A stretch of DNA of 64,000 nt. Source: a virus. Below the pieces are notes generated by a model. The model had not been told where the DNA came from and made no database searches. It saw nothing but the letters and a program-made list of their open reading frames with translations. This document shows positions 9,619-19,882 of the stretch, in pieces; positions within the stretch are counted from its first letter, which is position 1, and every line of letters begins with the position of its first letter. The stretch lies in the IMG/VR virus record IMGVR_UViG_3300012936_000001, positions 1 to 64,000 of that record; one strand, given 5' to 3'. The position numbers and the translations under genes were made by a program.

Positions 9619-10461
9619 ATGAATGATTTTCCTACCGGGAAACCCCATGTTTCCTATTCAGAAATAAAAAATTGGAAAGAATGTTCATATAGGCACAAAC
9701 TACTCTACGTTGATGGTCTACAAGAATATAACCCAAGTCCTTATGCTGATTTCGGTACAGCGCTACATAATGCAATAGAATTGTTTTTGAAAACAAAAAA
9801 AATGGATATAGAAAAGTGTTTAAGCGAGATTGACAATGCTTGGAAGACCAATCTCTATGAAGGGCCAGAATACTTAGAAAAGATGAAAGATCACTCTTGG
9901 TACAAGAATGAACCTGTGGAAACATGGAAATCATACGCAAAAACTATTCTAGAAAGTTTTCCAAGCTGGATAGATAATGAGTTTCTTGAGTGGGAACTAG
10001 TTGACGCGGAACATGAGTTATATGAAAAGATTCAAGGCGAATCTATATCATTCAAGGGTTTTGTTGATTGTATCATAAAAGCGAAGTCAAAAAGAGGAAA
10101 AGACCTTCTGTGGATTATCGATTGGAAAACAACTGGTAAATACGGATGGATTCCGAAGAAAAAAAGAGATTTCTTGACTACAGCTCAAGTTGGATTTTAC
10201 AAAAAATATATTTCAAAGAAACTAGAAATAGAAATGAAAGATATTCGGTGCGCTTACGTCTTCTTAAAAAGAGGCGCATTACCAGAAAAATGTATCGAAT
10301 CCTTTACAGTTTCTGTTGGACCTAAATTCCTAGAAAAAATAGACAAGTTATTGAATTCTATGATAAAATCGGTCAGAAAAGGCATGGCTCTTAAAAACTA
10401 TAGTTCGTGTAAGTTCTGTCCATTTACAAATACGGAGCATTGCAGTGGCAAAGGATGGTAA
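9619..10461 (+). CDS. PD-(D/E)XK RecB/Cas4-like exonuclease with a probable Fe-S cluster
   Basis: SYSE..WKEC, FGTALH, E..GFVD..IIDWKT, QxxxY and C-terminal CKFCPFTNTEHC. GAGG SD before ATG 9619. Confidence 0.82.
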   Translation: MNDFPTGKPHVSYSEIKNWKECSYRHKLLYVDGLQEYNPSPYADFGTALHNAIELFLKTKKMDIEKCLSEIDNAWKTNLYEGPEYLEKMKDHSWYKNEPVETWKSYAKTILESFPSWIDNEFLEWELVDAEHELYEKIQGESISFKGFVDCIIKAKSKRGKDLLWIIDWKTTGKYGWIPKKKRDFLTTAQVGFYKKYISKKLEIEMKDIRCAYVFLKRGALPEKCIESFTVSVGPKFLEKIDKLLNSMIKSVRKGMALKNYSSCKFCPFTNTEHCSGKGW

Positions 10462-11701
10462 GAAAAAAATAATAGTTTTGTCCGATCACGCGTTGAGTAC
10501 ATCAGGCGTCGGCACACAAACAAGACATCTTATAAATGGCCTTTTAGAGAAAGGGTGCTGGACTTTTAGGCAGCTCGGCGCAGCTGTCAAGCATGATAAC
10601 TATGATACAGTCGTAGTTAATCCAGACTTTATCATAAAGCCAGTTGATGGTTTTGGAAACCCGGAAATGATTAGAGTCATTCTTGCAACCGAAAAGCCGG
10701 ATGCCATACTGATCTTTACTGATCCCAGGTTTTTTACCTGGTTGTTTGAGATAGAAGACGAAATACACCAGACATGTCCTATATTTTGGTGGCATGTATG
10801 GGACAATAAACCATATCCAGATTTCAATGATCGATACTATAAAGCAACTGACTTGATTAATTGCCACTCTCATCACACGTATATGCAAATAGTAGAAAAA
10901 TATCCCAAAAAGACAAATTTTATTCCCCATGCACTACCAGATAATGTTTTTTTCGAAATCGATGAACAGCAAAAGAAAAACATTAAGAGACAAATCTTAG
11001 GTTCTGACAGAATAGATCACTTTGTCGGCTTCTGGATGAATAGAAATGCAAAAAGAAAAAGGCCAGGCGATTTGTTGTGGGCTTGGAAGATTTTCATAGA
11101 CAAATTAGAGGAATCTACAGGAAATAAAAAAGCGACGTTACTTCTTCATACTGATCCGCTAGACCGAGAAGGTCCTAATCTATATTCTATAATTGAAAAA
11201 CTGGAAATCAAAGATAGTGTTGTTTTCTCAAAAGAAAGAGTCTCTTTCGATGTCGTAAATGCAATGCATAATATTGCTGATTTTACAATAAATGTTTCTA
11301 ATGCAGAAGGATTTGGTCTTTCCACTCTGGAAGCCATGCAGACTGGTACTCCGATTATTGCCCCTAAAACAGGCGGTCAAACAAGACAGGTTGTGGATCA
11401 TAGAGATGGTTCTGAAAATGGATTTGCACTACCAATAGAGCTTCAGACGCTAGTTGGAAGCCAAAATGTGCCTTATATTTTTGAAGATTATTGCTCTACC
11501 GGTACAATCGCAAATGCAATTTGGTCTATGTATGAGCTTGGTCCGGACGGAAGAAAGCAACTAGGTCAAAAAGCAAAAGAGTATGTCAGATCTGAATTTT
11601 CTTACCAAAAAACTATTGATCTTTGGCATGAAACTATGCTAGAAAAAATAAAAAATTGGAAAAAATCTTACGAAAGATATATTATTAAGGAAATAAAATG
11701 A
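10445..11701 (+). CDS. GT4-family glycosyltransferase
   Basis: LSDHALSTSGVG, NRNAKRKRPG, EGFGLSTLEAMQTGTPII. Confidence 0.88.
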   Translation: MAKDGKKKIIVLSDHALSTSGVGTQTRHLINGLLEKGCWTFRQLGAAVKHDNYDTVVVNPDFIIKPVDGFGNPEMIRVILATEKPDAILIFTDPRFFTWLFEIEDEIHQTCPIFWWHVWDNKPYPDFNDRYYKATDLINCHSHHTYMQIVEKYPKKTNFIPHALPDNVFFEIDEQQKKNIKRQILGSDRIDHFVGFWMNRNAKRKRPGDLLWAWKIFIDKLEESTGNKKATLLLHTDPLDREGPNLYSIIEKLEIKDSVVFSKERVSFDVVNAMHNIADFTINVSNAEGFGLSTLEAMQTGTPIIAPKTGGQTRQVVDHRDGSENGFALPIELQTLVGSQNVPYIFEDYCSTGTIANAIWSMYELGPDGRKQLGQKAKEYVRSEFSYQKTIDLWHETMLEKIKNWKKSYERYIIKEIK

Positions 11702-12855
11702 AAAATGTTTTTATTAGAGGGCCATTGCTCACTCAATCTGGGTACGGTGTTCATTCACGGCAAATTTTTAAGTGGGCGAAATCAAAAGGCTATAATATCA
11801 CCGTACAATTACTTCCATGGGGAATTACGCCATGGTATACTTCCGGAGAAGAACTAGATGGTCTTATTGGCGAAATTATGATGTGTTCAAAGCCGCCTGT
11901 TCAAAAGCCTGATTTGTCCATCCAGATTCAGTTACCGCATGAGTGGGATCCAAGTATAGGAATAAAAAATATCGGCGTCACAGCCGGAATTGAGGCAACT
12001 TCTTGTAATCTGGAATGGATCTCTGCATGCGATAATATGGATCTAGTAATTACACCATCTAAGTTTGCGCAAGACACTCTAGTACAGTCGGGATTAAGTC
12101 CTGAAAAAATAACAGTCATCCCGGAGTCTTTTCCGCAGTGTTTTTTTGAAAAAGAATTACCTGAATTTGAGCTAAATTTGCCTACCGATTTTAATTTTTT
12201 AATTCTAGGACAAATTACTGGAGATCCAGATTGCGATAGAAAAAGAACTATAGAAACTATTGCAAATTTTCTTAATGCATTTAGAGGAGACCCAACAGTT
12301 GGTCTAATTGTAAAAACAAATATGGGCAAAAATTGTTCCATAGATCGCGAAATTACCGAACATTCATTAAGAAATTTTATAAAAACACAAAATCTAAGCA
12401 AAATAGATCCAAAGGTGTATTTATTACATGGTTATCTCCATGAGCGAGAGATCTGTGCGTTATACCGGAGCAAGAATATCAAAGCCCTTATTAGTGGAAC
12501 TAGAGGAGAAGGCTTTGGACTGCCTTTATTGGAGGCGGCTGCCTGTGATTTACCGGTCATCGCAACCGGTTATTCGGCACACACCGAGTTTCTAAATTTA
12601 GGAAAATGGATAAAAATCAATTCGAGTTTGCAACAAATCCCAGATCGAAAAGCAGATGGAAAAATATGGGTAAAAGGCTCAAAATGGGCCAATATAGACT
12701 CCAATGATTTTATTGACAAGATAAAAAAGTTTAAGAAAAAAGGCACATCCATTCCTAACGAATGGGCAAAAAATTTAGGAAGTAAAATCAGAGACAAATA
12801 CTCTGAAAAATCTATTTTTTGTATCTATGATCAAAAATTAGGTGTTTTTTTATGA
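11698..12855 (+). CDS. GT4-family glycosyltransferase
   Basis: GPLLTQSGYGVHSR, DRK, TRGEGFGLPLLEAAACDLPVIAT. Confidence 0.88.
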   Translation: MKNVFIRGPLLTQSGYGVHSRQIFKWAKSKGYNITVQLLPWGITPWYTSGEELDGLIGEIMMCSKPPVQKPDLSIQIQLPHEWDPSIGIKNIGVTAGIEATSCNLEWISACDNMDLVITPSKFAQDTLVQSGLSPEKITVIPESFPQCFFEKELPEFELNLPTDFNFLILGQITGDPDCDRKRTIETIANFLNAFRGDPTVGLIVKTNMGKNCSIDREITEHSLRNFIKTQNLSKIDPKVYLLHGYLHEREICALYRSKNIKALISGTRGEGFGLPLLEAAACDLPVIATGYSAHTEFLNLGKWIKINSSLQQIPDRKADGKIWVKGSKWANIDSNDFIDKIKKFKKKGTSIPNEWAKNLGSKIRDKYSEKSIFCIYDQKLGVFL

Positions 12856-13145
12856 TTTTATCGTTAGTAATATGTTTTTTAACATTAGCGTTGGCAGTTT
12901 CGTTATATTATAACTACAAGTTTGCAACAACAATAATAAAATTTGAAGACAGCATATCGGATGCTCTCGATATACTGGATGAAAGATACGCAAGTATATC
13001 AAAAGTGTTAGAAATACCACTTTTTTATGACTCTCCACAAATTAGACAAGTCGTAAAAGATATGCAAGTATCTCGAGATTCTATACTAAGAGCTGCTAAT
13101 GAAATATCAAACGATAACGTTGTCGAGGAGTCCAACAATGCCTAA
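12852..13145 (+). CDS. Small N-terminally membrane-anchored hypothetical protein
   Basis: Hydrophobic N-terminal helix (ILSLVICFLTLALAVSLYY) followed by a helical region. ATGA-coupled. Confidence 0.65.
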   Translation: MILSLVICFLTLALAVSLYYNYKFATTIIKFEDSISDALDILDERYASISKVLEIPLFYDSPQIRQVVKDMQVSRDSILRAANEISNDNVVEESNNA

Positions 13146-13875
13146 AATGGTAAAAAAAAGAGTCAAGATCAAGCGTCCTAGCTCAGGAAAAAAGCCGTAT
13201 TTTACAAAAGATACTCAAGAAGCAATCGAAAGTTTCTGTAAGTCTGATTGCTACGACTTTCGTAACAAGGTGTATAATCAGTCTATAAAGCCAGCGCTGG
13301 AAAAATTAGCTGAAAACTTAATTTTTATCTATGGATTCCACAAACAATTTGACGATATCGACCTATTAAAGCACAATTGCGTTATAAACCTATATGAAAC
13401 ATTGCACAAATTTGATCACACAAGAAACAAAAAAGCTTTTTCTTATTTTAATGTCGTCGGGAAACACTGGTTAATAGTACAGGCTAGAAAAGCCAAAAAA
13501 TATAAAGATAGAAATATTTCTATAAATTCTGGCGATGAAAATTTTAATTTTGAATCGTTATTATTAAAAGCTGGTAAAGAAATAAAAATGCCAGATTACA
13601 ATATGATTGTAGAACAAAACAAAACAACAACTACGGATATGCTCTTTGCAATTCGAAAAAAAGTAAAATCAGATGCAGAGATACGATGTATAGAGGCAAT
13701 TATCAAGATTTTTGAATCCGTCGATGAGTTAGACTTTTTGAACAAACGCGCAATTTTTGTATACGTAAGAGAAATATCGGGCCTCAATTCCAAACAATTG
13801 TCGACATGTATGAGTTCCATCAGGCGAATATATAGAGACATAGCTGGACCTGGAAAGGAGTTTGACATACTATGA
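13138..13875 (+). CDS. T4 gp55-like late-transcription sigma factor
   Basis: YF...KLAENLI...LHKFDHTRNKKAFSYFNVV resembles sigma region 2 of gp55-type proteins (FDP.K..N.FAYFT.I). GAGGAG SD before ATG 13138. Confidence 0.6.
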   Translation: MPKMVKKRVKIKRPSSGKKPYFTKDTQEAIESFCKSDCYDFRNKVYNQSIKPALEKLAENLIFIYGFHKQFDDIDLLKHNCVINLYETLHKFDHTRNKKAFSYFNVVGKHWLIVQARKAKKYKDRNISINSGDENFNFESLLLKAGKEIKMPDYNMIVEQNKTTTTDMLFAIRKKVKSDAEIRCIEAIIKIFESVDELDFLNKRAIFVYVREISGLNSKQLSTCMSSIRRIYRDIAGPGKEFDIL

Positions 13876-14213
13876 CAACAAACGACGACATACAAAAGAA
13901 AGTAGAGGCTTTTTCTGAACTTCTAGACTCGATTACCAATCTTGAAACTAAGAAAAAACAATTATGGAAAGAGATATACGAGAATGCCTTTGTGGACCGC
14001 ATGAACGCATACACGCTTTTCACGGATGCATATACTAGCATGACAGGGAATGCCAATGACCACGTACAACTGGGATCACTTATGGCAAAATATATTGAAA
14101 GAATGAACAAAGCGAATGATCAATTAATAAAATTAGCAGAAATTATTTCCAGGGAAGAAGAAAAAGAATCTAAAATTAATCCGGATGATCTTTTCAAGGA
14201 GATTTCTGGATGA
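13872..14213 (+). CDS. Helical hypothetical protein (weak possibility of a small terminase subunit)
   Basis: 113 aa, predicted helical, ATGA-coupled to the sigma-like gene. Confidence 0.55.
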   Translation: MTTNDDIQKKVEAFSELLDSITNLETKKKQLWKEIYENAFVDRMNAYTLFTDAYTSMTGNANDHVQLGSLMAKYIERMNKANDQLIKLAEIISREEEKESKINPDDLFKEISG

Positions 14214-15709
14214 GCGATGCTTCGAATGCAGCAACTGGACTGACCCTTGATGCCAGGGTAGAATATAACCATACCAGAATACAAGAATTAAGTTTCAAAA
14301 ATACATTTAGAAGGGGAATCTGTGTTGACGTAATTACGGATCCTAATAATTACGATTTAGAAATTTTTGCAACCATAGAATCAGAAAAAGCAGAAGAACC
14401 CGCGGAAATAGCTGACAATTCTTTATATGACGTGCTTTCTCGCATCAACATCCCTCGCAATACTGTAATATACACAGAAACAGAGACAAAGAGTGACGAC
14501 TTGAAATTTGCCATGCCGTTTTTTCCGGAACATTTAATGATGCCAATTAAACCTGGAGAATCAATATGGTATTTTACTTTAGATGAAGCATCTTACTGGC
14601 TTACAAGAGCTTCGGGCGATTCAATATCCGAAGATGTAAATTATTCTCATTTTGATAGAAAATTTCTTTCTTCGGATCAAGAACCTCAAAACGCTGCCGA
14701 AACTGCAGATAACCAAGAAGAAGAACCAGACCCACCAGGATTTAACGATGGAAATGAAGACGAAGATGGAAAGTCTTTATTGAATCTAACATATGAAAAA
14801 ATAATAAAAGGAACTTGGAAAAATAGCGAATCAGAAAATATAAAGTTGCGGTTTGAACCCGTGCCAGTGTATAGAAAACTACCCGGAGACTTAGTATTAC
14901 AAGGTTCCAATAATTCAGCCATAGTATTAGGGCAAGAAAGAATAACAGATACACAAGAAGATTCGAGTGTTTCTTCTTCTGAATATGCATTTCAGTCACA
15001 AGGAATGATTGATATAGTAGTAGGAAGAGGAAATAAATTTCCGACGTCGGAAATAGAAAACGAGTTAGGGTTTTTAGAAAGAGACAAAACATCTGAGGCT
15101 GTCGACGTTCAACCAACCTGTGAGGGAGATCCTCATATTTCTGATTCATCTAGAATTATTTTATCACAAGTAGAACCAATTGCATTTTTGTTCCCAGAAG
15201 ATAGACATACAGTTTTCGGAGAGAAAGAGCCAAAAGAAACACCGGAAGCTTCTGTTAATATTATATCAGATCATATAAAAATATATTCTAGGTATGACAC
15301 GGAAAGAGAAGAAGAAGTACAAGGCACAATACAGCTTATCAGACAGGGAAAAGACAAAAGCCAAGGTTCTTCAATTATCCTAGGTCATGACGGAATAATT
15401 CAAATGTCTGGTGAAAAAATATTTATTGGAAAGTCCAAAACAGACGGCGGTTCTTTTCCAAGCTCAGGCTCTGAGCTTGGACCGGATAATTCACAGCCAT
15501 ATATTCTTTACAACGAACTAAAACAATTATTAGAAAGATTAATTTCTGATATAGAAAGCTTTTGCAACCAAGCTCAGGCCCAAGTAGGAGTTCCTCCTGG
15601 CGCTCCCCTCGCGCCTTTATCTACAGCAGCTGTAACACTAAGTACAAATTTAAAACAAAGAAAAAATGAAATTACAAAAATAGCGTCAAAAAGAATATTT
15701 GGAGAGTAA
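14210..15709 (+). CDS. Putative baseplate hub/central spike (gp5/GpV-like)
   Basis: OB-like P..GE.IW N-terminal region, PGDLVLQGSNNSAIVLG beta-repeat region, and position just upstream of the gp25/gp6 genes. Confidence 0.5.
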   Translation: MSDASNAATGLTLDARVEYNHTRIQELSFKNTFRRGICVDVITDPNNYDLEIFATIESEKAEEPAEIADNSLYDVLSRINIPRNTVIYTETETKSDDLKFAMPFFPEHLMMPIKPGESIWYFTLDEASYWLTRASGDSISEDVNYSHFDRKFLSSDQEPQNAAETADNQEEEPDPPGFNDGNEDEDGKSLLNLTYEKIIKGTWKNSESENIKLRFEPVPVYRKLPGDLVLQGSNNSAIVLGQERITDTQEDSSVSSSEYAFQSQGMIDIVVGRGNKFPTSEIENELGFLERDKTSEAVDVQPTCEGDPHISDSSRIILSQVEPIAFLFPEDRHTVFGEKEPKETPEASVNIISDHIKIYSRYDTEREEEVQGTIQLIRQGKDKSQGSSIILGHDGIIQMSGEKIFIGKSKTDGGSFPSSGSELGPDNSQPYILYNELKQLLERLISDIESFCNQAQAQVGVPPGAPLAPLSTAAVTLSTNLKQRKNEITKIASKRIFGE

Positions 15710-15710
15710 A

Positions 15711-16007
15711 ATGGCAAAAGACGATGAAAAACCAAAATCATTAGAAAAGGCAAAGCCATTTTTGTTGCTAGCTATTCAAGATGCTTTTGCTGCACAATTA
15801 AAGTTATTTGAGGAAGCGGAAAATCCCTCGGACGTCACTCCGGAAAACGCTATATTAGTACTTGCCGAAGGTTTATCATCTGCAATACATGAATATGTTA
15901 CTAGTGCATCCGTGATAGTCGAAGAAGGTATAGAAGTTTCTACCGAAGGTTCCGAAACGGCTCAAAAAGGCACAACTACTTCTCCAGGTACAGGTAATTT
16001 GACGTAA
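15711..16007 (+). CDS. Small baseplate-associated hypothetical protein
   Basis: GGAG SD before ATG 15711. C-terminus TEGSETAQKGTTTSPGTG. Lies between the spike-like gene and gp25. Confidence 0.6.
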   Translation: MAKDDEKPKSLEKAKPFLLLAIQDAFAAQLKLFEEAENPSDVTPENAILVLAEGLSSAIHEYVTSASVIVEEGIEVSTEGSETAQKGTTTSPGTGNLT

Positions 16008-16021
16008 TTTTTCTCTAATGG

Positions 16022-16028
16022 ATATTTA
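16022..16028 (+). promoter_or_regulatory. Candidate late promoter ATATTTA
   Basis: Member of the ATA[ACT]TTA family, 18 nt before the gp25-like start. Confidence 0.55.
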
Positions 16029-16046
16029 TCTTCAAGGAGATATCAA

Positions 16047-16538
16047 ATGGCAAAGGTCAGAGAAAGAAAAGTATATTCTTTTAAGTCTGTTGGGGAAAAA
16101 CAGGAAGAATTCGAAGCAAAAATAAAAGGCAGGCTTGCAACAGATAAGCCTCCTATAGGAATTAAGACTCCGTTAGAGCTTGGCGAACAATCTTTGTTCA
16201 AAATGCACACAGACTTAGGTAAAAATATTTCTGATAACCTAAGAAACCTGATTCTTACAAATCATGGCGAAAGATTAGGCATGTATGACTTTGGTGCAAA
16301 CCTACTTCCTTTGTCTATGGAATTTGGAACAGAAAATTTTGATTCTGCTGCCATCCAGAGAATATCCCGAGCCGTTCGGAGATACATGCCATTTATAGAT
16401 TTGGGTACTTTTGAGTCTTTTTCTGAAAGGACCGATAATAAAGTTGTTGCGAAAGCAGGTATTCGGATAACGTATACTATACCCAACATAGATAACAATC
16501 CAAGAATGTTGGAAGTAATAATATATTCCGGAGCATAA
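16047..16538 (+). CDS. Baseplate wedge protein, gp25/GpW-like
   Basis: IGIKTPL and NLRNLILTNHGERLGMYDFGANL...YMPFI. Confidence 0.85.
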   Translation: MAKVRERKVYSFKSVGEKQEEFEAKIKGRLATDKPPIGIKTPLELGEQSLFKMHTDLGKNISDNLRNLILTNHGERLGMYDFGANLLPLSMEFGTENFDSAAIQRISRAVRRYMPFIDLGTFESFSERTDNKVVAKAGIRITYTIPNIDNNPRMLEVIIYSGA

Positions 16539-16539
16539 A

Positions 16540-18348
16540 ATGAAATTAAAGGCAAAAAAACAAAGAAAGTATCTGAATAGAGATTTTGACGGATTTCGAA
16601 AAGAGTTATTGGATTATGCAAGAATATATTTTCCTGATAAGATTCAAGATTTTTCCGAAGCGTCAGTGGGTGGTATGCTCTTAGACCTTGCTTCTTATGT
16701 GGGTGATAATTTATCTTATTATTTAGATCATCAATTCCATGAACTAAATCCGCTAACAGCGGTAGAATCACAGAATATCGAAATGCATGCAAAAAATTCT
16801 GGAGTAAAAATATCTGGAGCAGCCCCATCTGTTGTTGATGTTGACTTTTACATTGAAGTAGGAACGACAACAGTCAACAATAAGATCTTGCCTGATAGAA
16901 ATAGCTTACCAAGAATTCTCAAGAACACCGAACTGTTGGCCGATAACGGAACAACATTCAGTCTTATTGAGAATATAGACTTTGCTGAAACAGATTCCGC
17001 CGGCAACCTTTTAGCAAAAGTAAAACCTATTTCTCAGCCTGGATCGCAAGCAACGTCATTTGTTTTGGTTAGGCCCGGAAAGTGCATATCCGGAAAAATA
17101 ACAACCGAAACATTTACAGTCGGAAATTTTTCTCCTTTTTTGACTGTAAATTTGTCTAATCCGGACGTTTCTTCTATTCTTTCTATATCTGATACTCGAG
17201 GTAACCAATACTATGAAGTAGAACACTTAGGGCAAGACACCGTATTTAGGAAAGTATATAACCCATCTCAGCCAGAACATTCTCTCGAGATCATTTCGGC
17301 ACCATATAGATTTACCGCTGCCACTAGCCTGAATACAAGAACAACCTCGATTACTTTTGGAGCAGGAAACGAAATGTCTCTAGAAGATACAAATATTGCG
17401 GATCCTTCTCAATTGGCTATCCCGTTATATGGAAAATCAACATTTTCTACGTTTTCTCAAGACCCACTAAAATTATTGAGCTCCAGAACTTTAGGTGTAG
17501 CTCCAGAAAACACTAATATAAGCGTTGTATATCGCTACGGAGGAGGCGCCAGCCATAATGTTTCCTCAAGGAACATAAATACTGTCTCATCGTTAGAAAT
17601 AAATTTTCCAGACACAGCCTCTCCACAAGAGGCAATAAATATAAGAGGTTCTCTTGCTGTAAGAAATGAATTAGAGGCTCAGGGAGGAGCTGCTGCTCCC
17701 ACGATCGACGAAATTAAATCTTTTATACCTGTTGCAAAATCATCTCAAAACAGAATTGTCTCAAAAGAAGATCTTCTTTCCAGGATCTATACACTACCAA
17801 ATGAATTTGGCCGCGTTTTTAGAGCTTCGGTTGCACCAAACCCGAATAATCTTTTATCGTCTGTTCTTTATATAATTTCTAGAAATGCTTCCGGAAAATT
17901 GGTGCAGTGTTCGGACATATTAAAATCAAATATATCTACTTATCTAAACGAATATAGACTGATAGGCGACAGTATGGATATATTGGATGTTGCTGTTATA
18001 AATTACAGAGTCAAAATAACAATTGTTGCTCAACTTGGTGCAAATAAGCAAAATTTGCAAATAGAGTTAATCGGCAGAATAAGAGAAATAATTAAGATAC
18101 AAAATTATCAAATTGGCCAACCAATAAATGAATCAGATTTTTTATCTGAAGTACTTAGCGTTCCGGGAGTGCTGTCTTTATCTAGTATCTCTTTTGAAAA
18201 CGTGTATGGGACCATAATTAATTCAACATATAGTGATTATTCTGTAGAATTAGATAATCGATATGTAAATGGTAATTTTTTCGCTCAACCTAATGAAATA
18301 TTCGAGTGTAGATTTCCCGAAACAGACATTTCAGTAGAAGTTATATAA
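16540..18348 (+). CDS. Baseplate wedge protein, T4 gp6 / baseplate J-like
   Basis: YLNRDFDGFRKEL...DFSEASVGGMLLDLASYVGDNLSYYLD, ITFGAG, YRYGGG, QNRIVSKED. Confidence 0.88.
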   Translation: MKLKAKKQRKYLNRDFDGFRKELLDYARIYFPDKIQDFSEASVGGMLLDLASYVGDNLSYYLDHQFHELNPLTAVESQNIEMHAKNSGVKISGAAPSVVDVDFYIEVGTTTVNNKILPDRNSLPRILKNTELLADNGTTFSLIENIDFAETDSAGNLLAKVKPISQPGSQATSFVLVRPGKCISGKITTETFTVGNFSPFLTVNLSNPDVSSILSISDTRGNQYYEVEHLGQDTVFRKVYNPSQPEHSLEIISAPYRFTAATSLNTRTTSITFGAGNEMSLEDTNIADPSQLAIPLYGKSTFSTFSQDPLKLLSSRTLGVAPENTNISVVYRYGGGASHNVSSRNINTVSSLEINFPDTASPQEAINIRGSLAVRNELEAQGGAAAPTIDEIKSFIPVAKSSQNRIVSKEDLLSRIYTLPNEFGRVFRASVAPNPNNLLSSVLYIISRNASGKLVQCSDILKSNISTYLNEYRLIGDSMDILDVAVINYRVKITIVAQLGANKQNLQIELIGRIREIIKIQNYQIGQPINESDFLSEVLSVPGVLSLSSISFENVYGTIINSTYSDYSVELDNRYVNGNFFAQPNEIFECRFPETDISVEVI

Positions 18349-18358
18349 GGAATCAGTC

Positions 18359-19882
18359 ATGATATTACAATTTACAGCCAGTAAAGACACATACATAACC
18401 AATAAAATAGTTGGTTCATCATACAGGGCAACAGATGGCAACGTAGGTCAGGCTAGTACGCTGGATTTGTTTAAGTTGTATGACGAATCTAAGATTTCTG
18501 GTGAAACTAGACCAATTGAATTATCACGGTTGTTAATCAAATTTCCTTTGTCTGAAGTTTCTGCTTCCCTAAAAGACAAAGTTTCATTCGATGACGCTTC
18601 ATTTAAAGTAAAATTGGAATTGTTTGATGTACAAGGTACACATGTTGCTCCTGAGAATTTTAAAGTTGTAGTTTATCCTCTTTCTAAGTCTTTTGATGAA
18701 GGTATTGGTACTGACTTATATTCTTTTAATGATCTTGGCAGAGCAAATTGGGTTACAGCGTCCTATTCTTCGTCAACCAACAACACGTGGAATCTCACAG
18801 GCGCAAGATCTTCCGGATCCTTGGGTTCATCGGACATCGATGTAATATCTTCGGGTTCGATCGCCGGTGGAAGCATAATAAATTTGTCCGGCGAACAAAC
18901 TTTTTTATCGGGAAGAGAAGATCTTTCCATTGACATAACGACAATTGCTTCTGCAAGCATGTGTGGCTTTCTACCTGACCATGGTTTTCTAATAGCTTTT
19001 TCGGGATCACAAGAGTGGGATACCGAATCTAGGTTTGTGAAGAGATTTGCTAGTCGTCATACAAAGAATCCCTATCTTAGGCCAAGAGTAAAAATAGCAT
19101 ACGATGATTTTTTGATTGATTCATCAAACATGTTTGAATACAATGTAACCGGGTCTTTATATCTTAGAAGTTACAGAGGCAATTCTCCCTTCAATGTACT
19201 TTCAGGGTCTTCTAATACTCAATTGACCGGCGAAAATTGTATGAAATTAATTGTTTCAACCGGTTCATTTGCTCTTACTGAATCAGTCAGTCAAATAATA
19301 CAAACAGGTTATCGTAAAACAGGCATTTACTCGGCATCTTTTGCAATCGACGCTTTCCTAACAACCAATGTCAATAACTCAAATACGTTTCATGACTGTG
19401 TTTTTGCATCATCTTCAATTTCTTTTGACGTTGGATGGTATGACAATTCACAGCAGGTAAAGTTTGCATCTCAAACATTGAAAGTCAAACGTTCGGATAT
19501 ATTAAATAATTTTTCAAGAAGAGATATCAGGATATCACTGGTGGATCTTCGAACAAGTTATATTTCATCATATCCGTCGCGAGTTCGACTGTTTGCCCGA
19601 GATAGAAATGAGATCAATGAGCCAGTAAAAAGACCAATATCGTTACCGTCAAAGACATTTGATCTTGCGTATTATAGAATAAAAGATGCAGATAACGGTA
19701 AAATTGTTGTAGCAATCGATAAAAATGCAACCAGAATTTCGACTGACAGCCAAGGAATGTATTTTGATTTACCGGTAAAACTTTTGCCACATGGAAGAGC
19801 TTATACGATAGATATATTGATTAATGATCGCGGATCGGAAACAATACATGAAACAAATTCAAGATTTAGAGTAGACAAATGA
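18359..19882 (+). CDS. Virion structural (baseplate) protein
   Basis: ASKDTYI N-terminus, SRLLIKF and GFLIAF...RFASR...PRV pattern. Ser/Gly-rich and in baseplate context. Confidence 0.55.
   Translation: MILQFTASKDTYITNKIVGSSYRATDGNVGQASTLDLFKLYDESKISGETRPIELSRLLIKFPLSEVSASLKDKVSFDDASFKVKLELFDVQGTHVAPENFKVVVYPLSKSFDEGIGTDLYSFNDLGRANWVTASYSSSTNNTWNLTGARSSGSLGSSDIDVISSGSIAGGSIINLSGEQTFLSGREDLSIDITTIASASMCGFLPDHGFLIAFSGSQEWDTESRFVKRFASRHTKNPYLRPRVKIAYDDFLIDSSNMFEYNVTGSLYLRSYRGNSPFNVLSGSSNTQLTGENCMKLIVSTGSFALTESVSQIIQTGYRKTGIYSASFAIDAFLTTNVNNSNTFHDCVFASSSISFDVGWYDNSQQVKFASQTLKVKRSDILNNFSRRDIRISLVDLRTSYISSYPSRVRLFARDRNEINEPVKRPISLPSKTFDLAYYRIKDADNGKIVVAIDKNATRISTDSQGMYFDLPVKLLPHGRAYTIDILINDRGSETIHETNSRFRVDK

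Noticed and set aside
9619-10461. CRISPR-Cas system suggested by the Cas4-like gene
   Set aside because: No repeat-spacer array or other cas genes were seen in the window.
65-12855. Bacterial O-antigen/capsule locus or chimeric host DNA
   Set aside because: No wzx/wzy/wzz or initiating transferase. The cassette is continuous by overlapping genes with phage sigma and baseplate genes, and the strand and composition are the same.
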